A program made the position numbers and the translations under genes. The notes beneath the pieces are model-generated. The model was given only the letters and a program-made list of their open reading frames with translations. It was not told the DNA's origin and made no database searches. From contig JBKJYH010000126.1 of assembly GCA_046715765.1 (NCBI GenBank), positions 1 to 57,940 of the forward strand: a stretch of 57,940 bases of DNA, read 5' to 3'. Below are positions 19,205-28,453 of this stretch, in pieces; position 1 is the first letter of the stretch; every line of letters begins with the position of its first letter. This stretch comes from Candidatus Limnocylindria bacterium. Its GTDB lineage: Bacteria > Chloroflexota > Limnocylindria > QHBO01.

Positions 19205-20908
19205 ATGCGCCTCTCCGACCTTTTCTTCGCTTCCCTGCGGGACGACCCGGCCGAAGCCGAGATGGCTTCGCACCGGCTGTTGCTGCGCGCCGGCTACGTG
19301 CGGCAGCTCGGCACGGGCATCTATTCGCTTTTGCCGCTGGGCTTTCGGGTGCATCGGCGCATCGAGCAGGTCATCCGCGAAGAGATGGACCGCATCGGCT
19401 GCCAGGAGATGGAGATGCCGGTGGTCCATCCCGCCGACCTGTGGCGCGAGACGGGGCGCTACCAGAAGATCGGGCCGGAGATGGTCCGCTTCAAGGACCG
19501 ATCCGGGCGCGACATGGTGCTGGCCATGACTCACGAGGAGGTGGTGGCCGACCTGCTGCGCGACATCGTCCACAGCTACCGCCAGCTGCCGGTGATGGTC
19601 TACCACTTCCAGACCAAGTTCCGCGATGAGCCTCGCGCCCGCGGCGGACTGATCCGGGTCCGCGAGTTCGTGATGAAGGACTCGTACTCGTGCGACGCCG
19701 ACGACGCCGGTCTGGATCGCTCGTACCAGCTCCACTACGCCGCCTACGAGGCCATCTTCCGGCGCCTCGGGTTGGAGACGGTGGCGGTCGGCGCCGACGT
19801 GGGGATCATGGGCGGCAGCGGAGCCCACGAGTTCATGGTTCTCAACGAGCAGGGCGAGGACACCCTGGTCCTGTGCGACGACTGCGGGTACGCGGCCAAC
19901 CAGCAGATCGCGAGGGCACAAGCGCGCGCGCCGTCGACCGCCGAGCCGAAACCCCTGGAGCAAGTGGCTACTCCGACGGCCGATACCATAGCCTCGCTCG
20001 CCGCGCTGCTGGGGGTGGGCACCGATCAGACCGCCAAGGCCATCTTCTTCATGACCGGCGACGGCCGACTGGTCACCGCCATCGTGCGCGGCGATTACGA
20101 GGTCAACGAGACCAAGCTGGCGAACGCGATCAAGGCCATCGGGGGCATGCGCCCGGCCCACGAAGCGGAGATCCGCGCCGCGGGAATGGAGCCCGGGTAC
20201 GCTTCACCGATCGGGTCCAGCGGCACCACGGTGGTGGTGGACGAGATCGCCGCCGGTTCCCCGAACCTGGTCGCCGGCGCCAACCGGCACGGCTTCCACC
20301 TGCTCAACGTCAACGTCGGGCGCGACTTCACGCCCGACGTGGTGATCGACATCGCCAACGTACGCGAGGGCGACCCTTGTCCGGAGTGCGGTACGCCCGT
20401 CCGGCTGCGCAAGGGGATCGAGGTCGGCAACATCTTCAAGCTCGGGACCGATTTCACCAAGGCGCTGGGTGCGAACTACCTGGCCGAGGACGGCAGCCGC
20501 CAGCTGATCACGATGGGCAGCTACGGGATCGGCCTGGGGCGGGCGATGGCCTGCATCGTGGAGGCGCATCACGATGCCAAGGGGATTGCCTGGCCACGCG
20601 AGGTGGCTCCCTATGCGGCGCACCTTGTCACGCTGGGCGCCGCGCGAGACCCCGCGGTCGCGGCCGAGGCCGAGGGCCTCTACGCCCGCTTGACCGATGC
20701 CGGGATCGAGGTGCTGTACGACGACCGCGACGAGTCCCCCGGCGTGAAGTTGACCGATGCGGAACTGCTCGGGATGCCGACGATTGTCACCATCTCCCCG
20801 CGGTCCCTGGTTGCGGGCGGCGCCGAGGTGACCGACCGCGCCGGTGGCGAACGGTCGGTCCGTCCGATTGCGGAGGTCGAGGCCGAGCTGGCCGGCGCCA
20901 AGCGCTGA
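19205..20908 (+). CDS. proS: Proline--tRNA ligase (bacterial type with editing insertion)
   Basis: SHRLLLRAGY, FRDEPRARGGLIRVREFVMKDSYS, GIEVGNIFKLG, MGSYGIG. Confidence 0.97.
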   Translation: MRLSDLFFASLRDDPAEAEMASHRLLLRAGYVRQLGTGIYSLLPLGFRVHRRIEQVIREEMDRIGCQEMEMPVVHPADLWRETGRYQKIGPEMVRFKDRSGRDMVLAMTHEEVVADLLRDIVHSYRQLPVMVYHFQTKFRDEPRARGGLIRVREFVMKDSYSCDADDAGLDRSYQLHYAAYEAIFRRLGLETVAVGADVGIMGGSGAHEFMVLNEQGEDTLVLCDDCGYAANQQIARAQARAPSTAEPKPLEQVATPTADTIASLAALLGVGTDQTAKAIFFMTGDGRLVTAIVRGDYEVNETKLANAIKAIGGMRPAHEAEIRAAGMEPGYASPIGSSGTTVVVDEIAAGSPNLVAGANRHGFHLLNVNVGRDFTPDVVIDIANVREGDPCPECGTPVRLRKGIEVGNIFKLGTDFTKALGANYLAEDGSRQLITMGSYGIGLGRAMACIVEAHHDAKGIAWPREVAPYAAHLVTLGAARDPAVAAEAEGLYARLTDAGIEVLYDDRDESPGVKLTDAELLGMPTIVTISPRSLVAGGAEVTDRAGGERSVRPIAEVEAELAGAKR

Positions 20909-21808
20909 TCAGCCGGGGTCGCGGGTCGGGTCCGCCACAGGAGCATCGTCCAGCGGCAGGTCCCTGTCGCGCGCCCATCTGCGAGGGCGGTCGCCCTCCT
21001 CCCACTGGACGTCCAACCAGTGGGTCAGCCAGGTCCAGCGGCGGCGATCGTTGACTGACTCGGCAACGTCACGCGCGTAACGCTCAGCGACCAGGGGCGT
21101 CATGATCTCCTCCAGCCGTTCAGCGATCCGGCGGGCGGCGGCCCTTTCTTCCGGCGACTCGCGCTCCGGCAGCGGACCGGGCGGCAATCCGGCCAGCTCG
21201 TGGACCGTAACCGCGGGGAGCACGCGGAGCGTCAGGCGCCGGCCTCGGTACAGTTCGGTGGTGCCGCCCAGCAGCATCGGGACCACCGGGGCGCCGGTGC
21301 GCAGCGCGAGATAACCGATCCCGGCCTGTACGGTCCGCAGTTGACCCGGTGGAGGCAGCGCGCTGGTCGCCTCAGGGTGGATGATGAACACCGCCCCCAC
21401 GCCCACGACCTGCGCAGCGGCGTCGAGATGCTCGAAGAAGGCTCGGCGCCCGCCCCGGGGCCAGAGCGGCACGATGCCGCCGATCAGACGGAACAGGAAG
21501 CGGCGGAACGGGGTGAGGTACATCACTCGCCCATCGCCGAAGAAGTAGAAGTGTGGTGCAAGCGGGAGGGTCACGACCTCCACGAAGGGGTCGACCCATG
21601 ACCGATGCGCCATCGGCGCCGCGATCCAGCCGCCGGTCCGCCGACCGACGGCGTCGTGCGGGAGGTTCTCGCGGCCCTCCAGGGTCATGCGCATGCCGAA
21701 CACGTATCGAGCCAGGAATCGGCCCAACAGGATCGCGCCCCGATAGGCGAGGGGCGGGCGGGCGCTGGCGCTCCCCTGCAGTCCGGTCGGTCGACGACGG
21801 CTGCTCAC
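20909..21808 (-). CDS. PlsC-like lysophospholipid acyltransferase
   Basis: HRSWVD (HxxxxD), IHPEAT, APVVP; start uncertain (GTG 21808 or ATG 21826). Confidence 0.75.
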   Translation of the reverse strand: MSSRRRPTGLQGSASARPPLAYRGAILLGRFLARYVFGMRMTLEGRENLPHDAVGRRTGGWIAAPMAHRSWVDPFVEVVTLPLAPHFYFFGDGRVMYLTPFRRFLFRLIGGIVPLWPRGGRRAFFEHLDAAAQVVGVGAVFIIHPEATSALPPPGQLRTVQAGIGYLALRTGAPVVPMLLGGTTELYRGRRLTLRVLPAVTVHELAGLPPGPLPERESPEERAAARRIAERLEEIMTPLVAERYARDVAESVNDRRRWTWLTHWLDVQWEEGDRPRRWARDRDLPLDDAPVADPTRDPG

Positions 21809-21883
21809 GGGTCGAGGATCGCACATCGGCGCCCATCCGGCCGACGCAGTTGCGGGGCAGGCCTCGGATAGACGACAGGACCC

Positions 21884-21926
21884 TTGACAAGCCCTCCACC
21901 TTGACTATCATGCGACACATGGTAGT
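21884..21926 (+). promoter_or_regulatory. Sigma70-type promoter with overlapping inverted repeat
   Basis: TTGACA 21884-21889, 16 nt, TATCAT 21906-21911; IR ACTATCATG-N5-CATGGTAGT 21904-21926. Confidence 0.7.
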
Positions 21927-22257
21927 TGGCCAGACACGAGACCCCCTTACGGAACTCCGGCGTGGCGTCCTCGAGCACTGCGTGCTGGCGGTGATGCGCA
22001 AGGAGGAGTCCTACGCGTTCGAGATCGTGCGCGTCCTGTCGAATGCGGGAGGCCTGGTGACGAGCGAGGGGACGATCTATCCGCTCCTCTCGCGGCTCCG
22101 GCGCGACGGCCTGGTGCAGACGACCTGGCGCGAGTCGGAGTCTGGGCCACCCCGCCGCTATTACCGGCTCACCACTGAAGGCGAGCGTGCTCTCGACGCC
22201 TTTTCTCGGGAGTGGACAGGATTTCGCGATGCCGTAGACGCGGTCCTCGCGGCATGA
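21919..22257 (+). CDS. PadR family transcriptional regulator
   Basis: ELRRGVLEHCVL, EGTIYPLLSRL, GPPRRYYRLT. Confidence 0.93.
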   Translation: MVVGQTRDPLTELRRGVLEHCVLAVMRKEESYAFEIVRVLSNAGGLVTSEGTIYPLLSRLRRDGLVQTTWRESESGPPRRYYRLTTEGERALDAFSREWTGFRDAVDAVLAA

Positions 22258-22275
22258 CCAATAGGAGGGTTTCTG

Positions 22276-22794
22276 ATGGACACTGAACTGCTCGTGAGCG
22301 ACTATCTCGGTCGCCTTGAGGCGGCGACAGCATTGCTCCCGGTTTACCGCCGCGCCGAGCTCGTGGCAGAGGTGCGAGACCATATCCGCGCGGCGTTGGC
22401 TGAGGCGGGACGCTCCGACGAGGTTGCCGTCCGAAACATCCTCGAGCGGCTCGGCTCGCCCGAGGAGATCGTTGCCGGCGAAGCTGGCAACGACGCCGCG
22501 CCCAATGCCTCTGTCGGACGCCCTTCCAAGCGGGGTACGGTAGAGATCGCTTCCCTCCTGTTCCTCGGGCTGGCCTGGCCAACCCTCTTCCTCCAGGTGG
22601 GGATCGTCCCGTGGCTGGTCATGGGTGTGGTCGGCCTGGTCCTGGCGTGGGTATCCAGCGTTTGGAGCACGCGCCAGAAACTCATCACTACCGTCATCGT
22701 GGTCGCGCTGTACGCCGCCGTCTTCATCGTGACGACCCCGGTGCGATACGACTTCACGCCGGTCAATTCACCGGTCGTCACCTCCAACGAGTAA
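22276..22794 (+). CDS. HAAS (DUF1700-like) domain membrane protein
   Basis: YLGRLE..ELVAEVRDHI..ILERLGSPEEI then 3 TM; GGAGG SD; follows PadR. Confidence 0.8.
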   Translation: MDTELLVSDYLGRLEAATALLPVYRRAELVAEVRDHIRAALAEAGRSDEVAVRNILERLGSPEEIVAGEAGNDAAPNASVGRPSKRGTVEIASLLFLGLAWPTLFLQVGIVPWLVMGVVGLVLAWVSSVWSTRQKLITTVIVVALYAAVFIVTTPVRYDFTPVNSPVVTSNE

Positions 22795-22841
22795 GGGGAC
22801 TCCGCGGGCCGGCGGAGGATGCGGCGCGGGTCAGCCGTCCG

Positions 22842-23714
22842 CTAGTGCAACTGCGGGAAGATCTCGGCGGCTATCCGCTCCAACTTGTCGGTCTCGTTCA
22901 CGCCGCGGACGCTGAACAGGATGTGCTGGGCGCCGGCTTCCGCCAGTGAGCCGAATCGCTCCACGATCTGGTCCGCGGACTGGGTGGCCAGATCGATGCT
23001 CTGCAGCGTGCTGCGCTCGATCTCGTCATAGGGGCGCCCAATGCGCTCGCAATGCTCGCGCAGAACGGCGTACTTGTGCGAAATGCGCGCCGCGTCGCCG
23101 AACACGTTGCAGGCGTCCGCGTACTGGGCCACCAGGCGAAGGGTTTTCCGCTCTCCCCCACCCCCGATCATGATCGGCACGCGAGGGCGTGAGATCGCCT
23201 GCGGCGAGTTGAGCAGGCGGGTTGCGATGTAGTGACTCCCGTCAAGGCGCTCTCCGCTGCCGCTGCCGCCCGACCACATCGCATGCGCCATCTGCAGGCA
23301 CTCCTCGAGCATCTCGAAGCGTTTCCCGAGGGGCGGCATCGGGAACCCGAGCGCTGCTGACTCCTCCTCGTTCCAGGCCGCCCCGATCCCGAACCAGGCG
23401 TGACCCCCCGACAGGACGTCGAGGGTGGTGGCGGCCTTGATCCAGAGCCCCGCCTGCCGGTAGTGGATCCCCCCCACCATCAGCCCCAGCCGGGCACGCT
23501 CCGAGTGCGCCGCCATGAAGCCGAGGGCGGTCATCCCGTCGAGCATCGGTGCCTCCGGTGGCCCGAGCCCGCGAATCTGGAAGAAGTGATCCATCACCCA
23601 GATCGAGTCGAACCCCACCCGGTCGGCCGTGCGCACCACGCGCGCCAGGGTCGGCCCAATTGCGGCGCCACCCCCCGGCCAGGTGAACGAATTGATCTGC
23701 AGGCCGAACTTCAA
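22842..23714 (-). CDS. LLM class (probably F420-dependent) oxidoreductase
   Basis: WVMDHFFQI, TTLDVLSGG, GIGAAW, IGGGGERKTLRLVAQYADACN; TTG start inferred. Confidence 0.88.
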   Translation of the reverse strand: MKFGLQINSFTWPGGGAAIGPTLARVVRTADRVGFDSIWVMDHFFQIRGLGPPEAPMLDGMTALGFMAAHSERARLGLMVGGIHYRQAGLWIKAATTLDVLSGGHAWFGIGAAWNEEESAALGFPMPPLGKRFEMLEECLQMAHAMWSGGSGSGERLDGSHYIATRLLNSPQAISRPRVPIMIGGGGERKTLRLVAQYADACNVFGDAARISHKYAVLREHCERIGRPYDEIERSTLQSIDLATQSADQIVERFGSLAEAGAQHILFSVRGVNETDKLERIAAEIFPQLH

Positions 23715-23761
23715 CGGGGCACCGGCGGGAACCGCATCCCGATAGTCTGCGTCACGCGGCC

Positions 23762-24556
23762 ATGAAGCGATTGATTCCGATGCTGTCCGCGGCGCTGCTG
23801 CTAGCCGCCTGTTCCACGGCCAGCCCCTCCGGCTCGCCCGGTCCCAGCTCCCCTGCCGGCCTGGACGGCCGAGCCTTCCTTTCCACGTTGGTGACGGTCG
23901 ACGGTGCCGATCGAGCATTGGTCGGCGGGACCCAGGTCCGACTCAACTTCCAGGACGGGCAGATCAGCGCCAACGGCGGCTGCAACACGATGGGCGGGAC
24001 CTACCTGGTGAGCGGGGCCCGGCTCTTCATCTCCGGGGCGGGAGTGACTGAGATGGGATGCGACGCGGACCGGATGACGCAGGACCAATGGCTCTTCGCA
24101 TTCCTCGGGGCGACCCCCGATATCGCGCTTGACGGGAATGAACTGGTGCTGACCAGTGGCGACACGGTGATCACGCTCCTCGATCGAGAGGTCGCCGACC
24201 CGGACTTGCCGCTGGTTGAGATCACCTGGGGCGTGGTGTCGGTGATCAGCGGCGGCGCGGTCTCGAGCGTCCCGGCCGGTGTGGTTGCGACCCTCACCTT
24301 CTTCGCGGACGGTACGGTCCAGATCGCGACCGGCTGCAACAGCGGTGGGGGAAACGTGACGATCACCGATGACACCTTGCGCTTCAGCGACCTGGTGATG
24401 ACCGAGATGGCCTGCGGAGGCGCAGCCGGCGAGATGGAGGCGGCCGTGCTTCGGGTCGTGACCGCCGAGGTGGTGGGCTATCGGATCGAGGCCGGATCGC
24501 TGGAACTGATGGCCGGCCAGTTCGGCCTCGGCCTGCAGGGTGCGCGCGACCTCTAA
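23762..24556 (+). CDS. Lipoprotein with two META domains
   Basis: Lipobox LAAC; GGCN...TEMGC and TGCN...TEMAC repeats. Confidence 0.88.
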   Translation: MKRLIPMLSAALLLAACSTASPSGSPGPSSPAGLDGRAFLSTLVTVDGADRALVGGTQVRLNFQDGQISANGGCNTMGGTYLVSGARLFISGAGVTEMGCDADRMTQDQWLFAFLGATPDIALDGNELVLTSGDTVITLLDREVADPDLPLVEITWGVVSVISGGAVSSVPAGVVATLTFFADGTVQIATGCNSGGGNVTITDDTLRFSDLVMTEMACGGAAGEMEAAVLRVVTAEVVGYRIEAGSLELMAGQFGLGLQGARDL

Positions 24557-24837
24557 CGCTCGACGCTGACGCCGCGCCAGAAGGCCACGTAGCCCTCGAC
24601 GTTCTTTGCCGCATCGGAGGTTTCGGGGTAGTACCAGGCCGCATCGGGGTTGACCTGCCCGTCCACCTCGAGCGTGTAGTAACTGCACAGACCCTTCCAC
24701 GGGCACGCCGTGTGCGTCTGGCTGGGGCGCAGGTACTCGCTCTTCACCGCGTCGGGCGGGAAGTAGACGTTGCCCTCCACGATCTCGAAGCGGGCGCTCT
24801 CGGCGATCACCGCCCCGTTCCAGGTCGCGCGTGCCAT
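24553..24837 (-). CDS. DUF427 family protein
   Basis: VEGNVYFPP, CPWKG, AAWYYPE, YVAFW. Confidence 0.92.
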   Translation of the reverse strand: MARATWNGAVIAESARFEIVEGNVYFPPDAVKSEYLRPSQTHTACPWKGLCSYYTLEVDGQVNPDAAWYYPETSDAAKNVEGYVAFWRGVSVER

Positions 24838-24860
24838 GGGCCCATCCTACAGCGCGGCCG

Positions 24861-26210
24861 TCACACGGCAACCGCCTCGCGCCGGGGCTCGAACTCGACA
24901 TCGGTCAGCTGACCGGCCAGGTACTGGTCATAGGCCGCCATGTCGAAGAAGCCGTGGCCCGACAGATTGAACAGGATCACCCGCGGCTGACCGCTGGTGC
25001 GGGCGTCGATCGCCTCGTCGATGGCGGCCCGGATGGCGTGGCTCGACTCCGGGGCGGGGATCAGCCCCTCGGTCCGCGCGAACTGGACCGCAGCCTCGAA
25101 GCACGGGATCTGGGCGTAAGCCCGCGCTTCGATGAAGCCCAGCTCGTAGAGGTGCGAGATCAGCGGAGCCATGCCGTGATAGCGCAGCCCGCCGGCGTGG
25201 ATCGGCGCCGGCCGGAAGTCGTTGCCCAGGGTGTGCATCTTCAGCAGCGGAGTGGTGCCGGCGGTGTCCCCGAAGTCGTAGCGATACTCGCCCTGGGTCA
25301 GCGACGGACACGAGGCCGGCTCGACGGCAAGGAACCGGGTCCGCGACCGTCCGTTGAGCCGCTCACGCAGGAACGGGAAAGCGATCCCGGCGAAGTTCGA
25401 GCCTCCCCCCGCGCAGCCGATGACCACGTCCGGCTCCTCCCCGGCCATGGCCATCTGGGCGATCGCCTCCTGCCCGATCACGGTCTGGTGGAGCAACACG
25501 TGGTTCAGCACGCTGCCAAGCGAGTACTTCGTGTCTTCGCGAGTGGCCGCCTCCTCGATCGCCTCACTGATGGCGATCCCCAGGCTGCCGCTCGACTCGG
25601 GGTCAATGGCCAGGATCGCCCGGCCGGCGTGCGTCTCGGTCGATGGTGACGCGACCACGCTGGCGCCCATGGTCTGGATGAAACTGCGCCGGTACGGCTT
25701 CTGCTCGTAGCTGACCCGGACCATGAAGACCTTGGTCTCGATCCCGAACAGCGCCCCCGCGTAGGCCAGCGCGCTGCCCCATTGGCCCGCGCCGGTCTCG
25801 GTGACCAGGCGGGTGACCCCCTCGGCCCGGTTGTAGTAGGCCTGTGCCAGTGCGGTATTGGGCTTGTGGGAGCCGGCCGGGCTGCCCGCCTCGACCTTGT
25901 AGTAGATGTGCGCCGGCGTGTTGAGCGACCGCTCCAGGCCTCGCGCCCGGATCAGGGGTGATGGGCGGAAGGTGCGGTACGCCTCCCGAACCGGTTCGGG
26001 GATCTCGACATGTCGCTCGGTGCTGACCTCCTGGCGGATCAGCTCCATCGGGAAGAGGGGCGCCAGGGCCTCGGGGCCGATCGGTTCGCGGGTGCCGGGA
26101 TGGAGCGGCGGGGGGAGCGGCTCGGGCAGGTCGGCCGCGATGTTGTAGTAGTGCGTCGGCAACTCCGACTCGGGGAGCAGGAACCGGCGCGGCTCGGATG
26201 GGGTGGACAT
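24861..26210 (-). CDS. trpB2: TrpB2-type tryptophan synthase beta chain
   Basis: [11 protein letters not shown] (PLP Lys), [27 protein letters not shown]; AAGGAG SD; no trpA adjacent. Confidence 0.93.
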   Translation of the reverse strand: MSTPSEPRRFLLPESELPTHYYNIAADLPEPLPPPLHPGTREPIGPEALAPLFPMELIRQEVSTERHVEIPEPVREAYRTFRPSPLIRARGLERSLNTPAHIYYKVEAGSPAGSHKPNTALAQAYYNRAEGVTRLVTETGAGQWGSALAYAGALFGIETKVFMVRVSYEQKPYRRSFIQTMGASVVASPSTETHAGRAILAIDPESSGSLGIAISEAIEEAATREDTKYSLGSVLNHVLLHQTVIGQEAIAQMAMAGEEPDVVIGCAGGGSNFAGIAFPFLRERLNGRSRTRFLAVEPASCPSLTQGEYRYDFGDTAGTTPLLKMHTLGNDFRPAPIHAGGLRYHGMAPLISHLYELGFIEARAYAQIPCFEAAVQFARTEGLIPAPESSHAIRAAIDEAIDARTSGQPRVILFNLSGHGFFDMAAYDQYLAGQLTDVEFEPRREAVAV

Positions 26211-26229
26211 CGGTGACTCCTTGTCGTGA

Positions 26230-26530
26230 GAACAACACGACCCCTCCGTCCCAAAGGACGAGGGGGTCTTCTCGTGGTGCCACCTTTGTTCCCCGGTGTT
26301 CTCACCCGGGCTCATTCGACCACGGCACGCTCACGACGAGCGGGCGATGGCCTCGGCCTCGATATCGGTGCCTCTCCGCCGGGGGCTACTGGCTCGGACC
26401 ACCGTCCATGCGTTTGCCTCCGGAGCTCCCGGGTCCATTCACCGATCGCGCAGCCTCCGGCGTCTCACTCTCGCCGGATCCCTGTGGGCTCGCCTGAGCG
26501 GGTACTCGTCCCGATCGTCGCCGTGTTCAG
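26230..26530 (-). ncRNA. T-box riboswitch, Trp specifier
   Basis: Minus strand: AAGGTGGCACCACG T-box at 26273-26286, GAA-TGG-A specifier at 26435-26437, then hairpin GACCCCCTCGTCC-TTTG-GGACGGAGGGGTC. Confidence 0.9.
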
Positions 26531-26540
26531 TTGTGGTGGG

Positions 26541-26569
26541 ACGGTACTGTCTGGGATTGCGCCTGTCAA
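26541..26569 (-). promoter_or_regulatory. Sigma70-type promoter of the T-box leader
   Basis: TTGACA (26564-26569), 17 nt, TACCGT (26541-26546) on the minus strand. Confidence 0.7.
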
Positions 26570-26585
26570 GGGAACGGACCACTGC

Positions 26586-27065
26586 TCAGAACGGCTTGAA
26601 CATCATCAGCCACAGGATGACCCCGACCCCTCCCAGGCCGATGACGGTCATCCCCATCGGATGCCAGCTCCGCCGCGCCGCGTCGAAGGTCTGCTGTGCG
26701 GCCGGCTGCGACGCCGGATCGTCGCGAGCCTCGAGCGCCTTCGTCGCGGCATCCTGGATCAGGCCGTAGTACCCGCCGCCATAGCGCCACATGGCGACCG
26801 CAACGACCGCCAGGATCAGCAGCGAGAGCCAGAGCCAGCCCGCGTCCCACCACGATCCGGTGAACGCGACCAACAGGCCGCTGATCACGACGGCGGCGAG
26901 CATGACCCGCACGAGCGTCAGGCCGGGCAGGACGTTGAGCAGGGTCAAGTTTTGCTCTGGGTCCGGTTCCCAGCGCATCTTCCACATGGCGGTCACCTGT
27001 ACGCCGTGCGCCAGCATGAATCCCAAGACCGCCGCTACATGCAGGAAGACCAACCATTCGTGCAT
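26586..27065 (-). CDS. Four-TM membrane protein (DUF2269-like)
   Basis: WLVFLHV start, C-terminal WLMMFKPF; GAGGT SD. Confidence 0.7.
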   Translation of the reverse strand: MHEWLVFLHVAAVLGFMLAHGVQVTAMWKMRWEPDPEQNLTLLNVLPGLTLVRVMLAAVVISGLLVAFTGSWWDAGWLWLSLLILAVVAVAMWRYGGGYYGLIQDAATKALEARDDPASQPAAQQTFDAARRSWHPMGMTVIGLGGVGVILWLMMFKPF

Positions 27066-27072
27066 CGCAACC

Positions 27073-28437
27073 TCACCTCGCGGAACTGCCTGACCTGGGT
27101 GCATCGTCGACACGGATCAGGGTGGCCGAGAGCGTCACGCTGAAGCAGGTTTGCCCCGGTCGTGATTCCACCTCGATCACGCCGCCATGGCGCGAGACCA
27201 CCTGGTGACTGATGTGCAGGCCCAGCCCAGTTCCCTTGCCGGGCTCCTTGGTGGTGTAGAACGGCTCGAAGATACGGCGCGCCACATCGGGCGGCATCCC
27301 CGGCCCGGTGTCGCAGATCCGCACCCGGACGCCGCCATCCTTGGTGGGATCCACGTGGATGTCGATCGCACCCTTGCCCTCCATCGCATCGGCCGCGTTG
27401 TCGATCAGGTTGGTCCAGACCTGGTTCAGTTCGGAGCCGTAGGCCTCGATCTCGGGCAGGTCCGGCGCGTAGTGGCGGGTCACCTCGATCCCGGCCTTGA
27501 GCTTGGAGCGCAGGATGACCAGGGTGTTGTCGAGCCCGGTCCGGACGTCGATGCGCTGGACCGGCGCCTGGTCCAGGTACGAGTAGCTCTTGACTGCTCC
27601 GACGATCTCGCTGATCCGCTCGCCAGCCATCGCCACCTCGCCCAGCAAGGCGTGAATCCGGGCCGTGGCGGCGAGCCAGGCCGCCGCTCCCCTCGCTTCT
27701 TCGGCATCCAGGTGGCTGAACGAGGAGGCCAGGTCCTCGGGAGTCCAGCCGGCATCCACCAGGGCGGCTGCAAGCTCTGAGTCCCCCACCGACTCGGCCA
27801 GCGCGTCGATGGCGTCAGAACGCTCTAGGACTCCCAGCGGGCGGGCAGCCTGCAGCGGCTGCAGCCTGGCGAGATCCTGCGGCGGAGGGAGCTGGTCGCG
27901 CTCCGCGACCGCTTCGGCGAGCGCCGATACGGAGCGTCGGATTGCAGCCGCAGGATTGTTCAGTTCATGGGCCAGCCCCGCGGCAAGCGTGCCCAGTCCC
28001 GCCAGCTTCTCCTGTTGGCGCAGCACCGATTCGGTCGAGCGGAGCCGGTCCATCACCGTCCGCAGCAGCCCAAGCGCGGGTTCGGGCCCACCCGACAGCA
28101 GGGAGATGAGTCCATCGCGCGGGATGCACAGCACCTCGGCCTCGGTGAGCGCGGTGACCGATGCACCCCGGCGGGCGCCGCCCAGGATGGCCGCCATCTC
28201 GCCCTGCAACGCTCCCGGGCCGACCCGCGCCAGCGCCAACTGGGTATTGCCGGTCTGCTTGGTCACTTCGAGTTCGCCGCTGACGACGACGTACATCTGG
28301 TCGCCCATCTCGCCTTCGTGGATGAGCACCTGCCCAGGGGCGAGGTGAATCCGGGCCGCCTGGGCCAGCAGGCGCTCTAGGTCCGCATCGGGCAGTCCGG
28401 CGAAGAACGGGGTCTGGCGCAGCGCCTCCACCGACAT
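27073..28437 (-). CDS. Soluble histidine kinase with N-terminal cNMP-binding domain
   Basis: PFFAGL...GEMA...ASVTA; H-box LAHELNNP, NQVWTNLIDNA, DTGPG, FEPFYTTK, GTGLGL. Confidence 0.92.
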   Translation of the reverse strand: MSVEALRQTPFFAGLPDADLERLLAQAARIHLAPGQVLIHEGEMGDQMYVVVSGELEVTKQTGNTQLALARVGPGALQGEMAAILGGARRGASVTALTEAEVLCIPRDGLISLLSGGPEPALGLLRTVMDRLRSTESVLRQQEKLAGLGTLAAGLAHELNNPAAAIRRSVSALAEAVAERDQLPPPQDLARLQPLQAARPLGVLERSDAIDALAESVGDSELAAALVDAGWTPEDLASSFSHLDAEEARGAAAWLAATARIHALLGEVAMAGERISEIVGAVKSYSYLDQAPVQRIDVRTGLDNTLVILRSKLKAGIEVTRHYAPDLPEIEAYGSELNQVWTNLIDNAADAMEGKGAIDIHVDPTKDGGVRVRICDTGPGMPPDVARRIFEPFYTTKEPGKGTGLGLHISHQVVSRHGGVIEVESRPGQTCFSVTLSATLIRVDDAPRSGSSAR

Positions 28438-28453
28438 CGGGTGCCCCGCTGCC

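Noticed and set aside
17876-20161. Long antisense ORFs (also 48565-51054, 28475-30157, 11105-12655)
   Set aside because: Shadow frames of real genes, expected at high GC.
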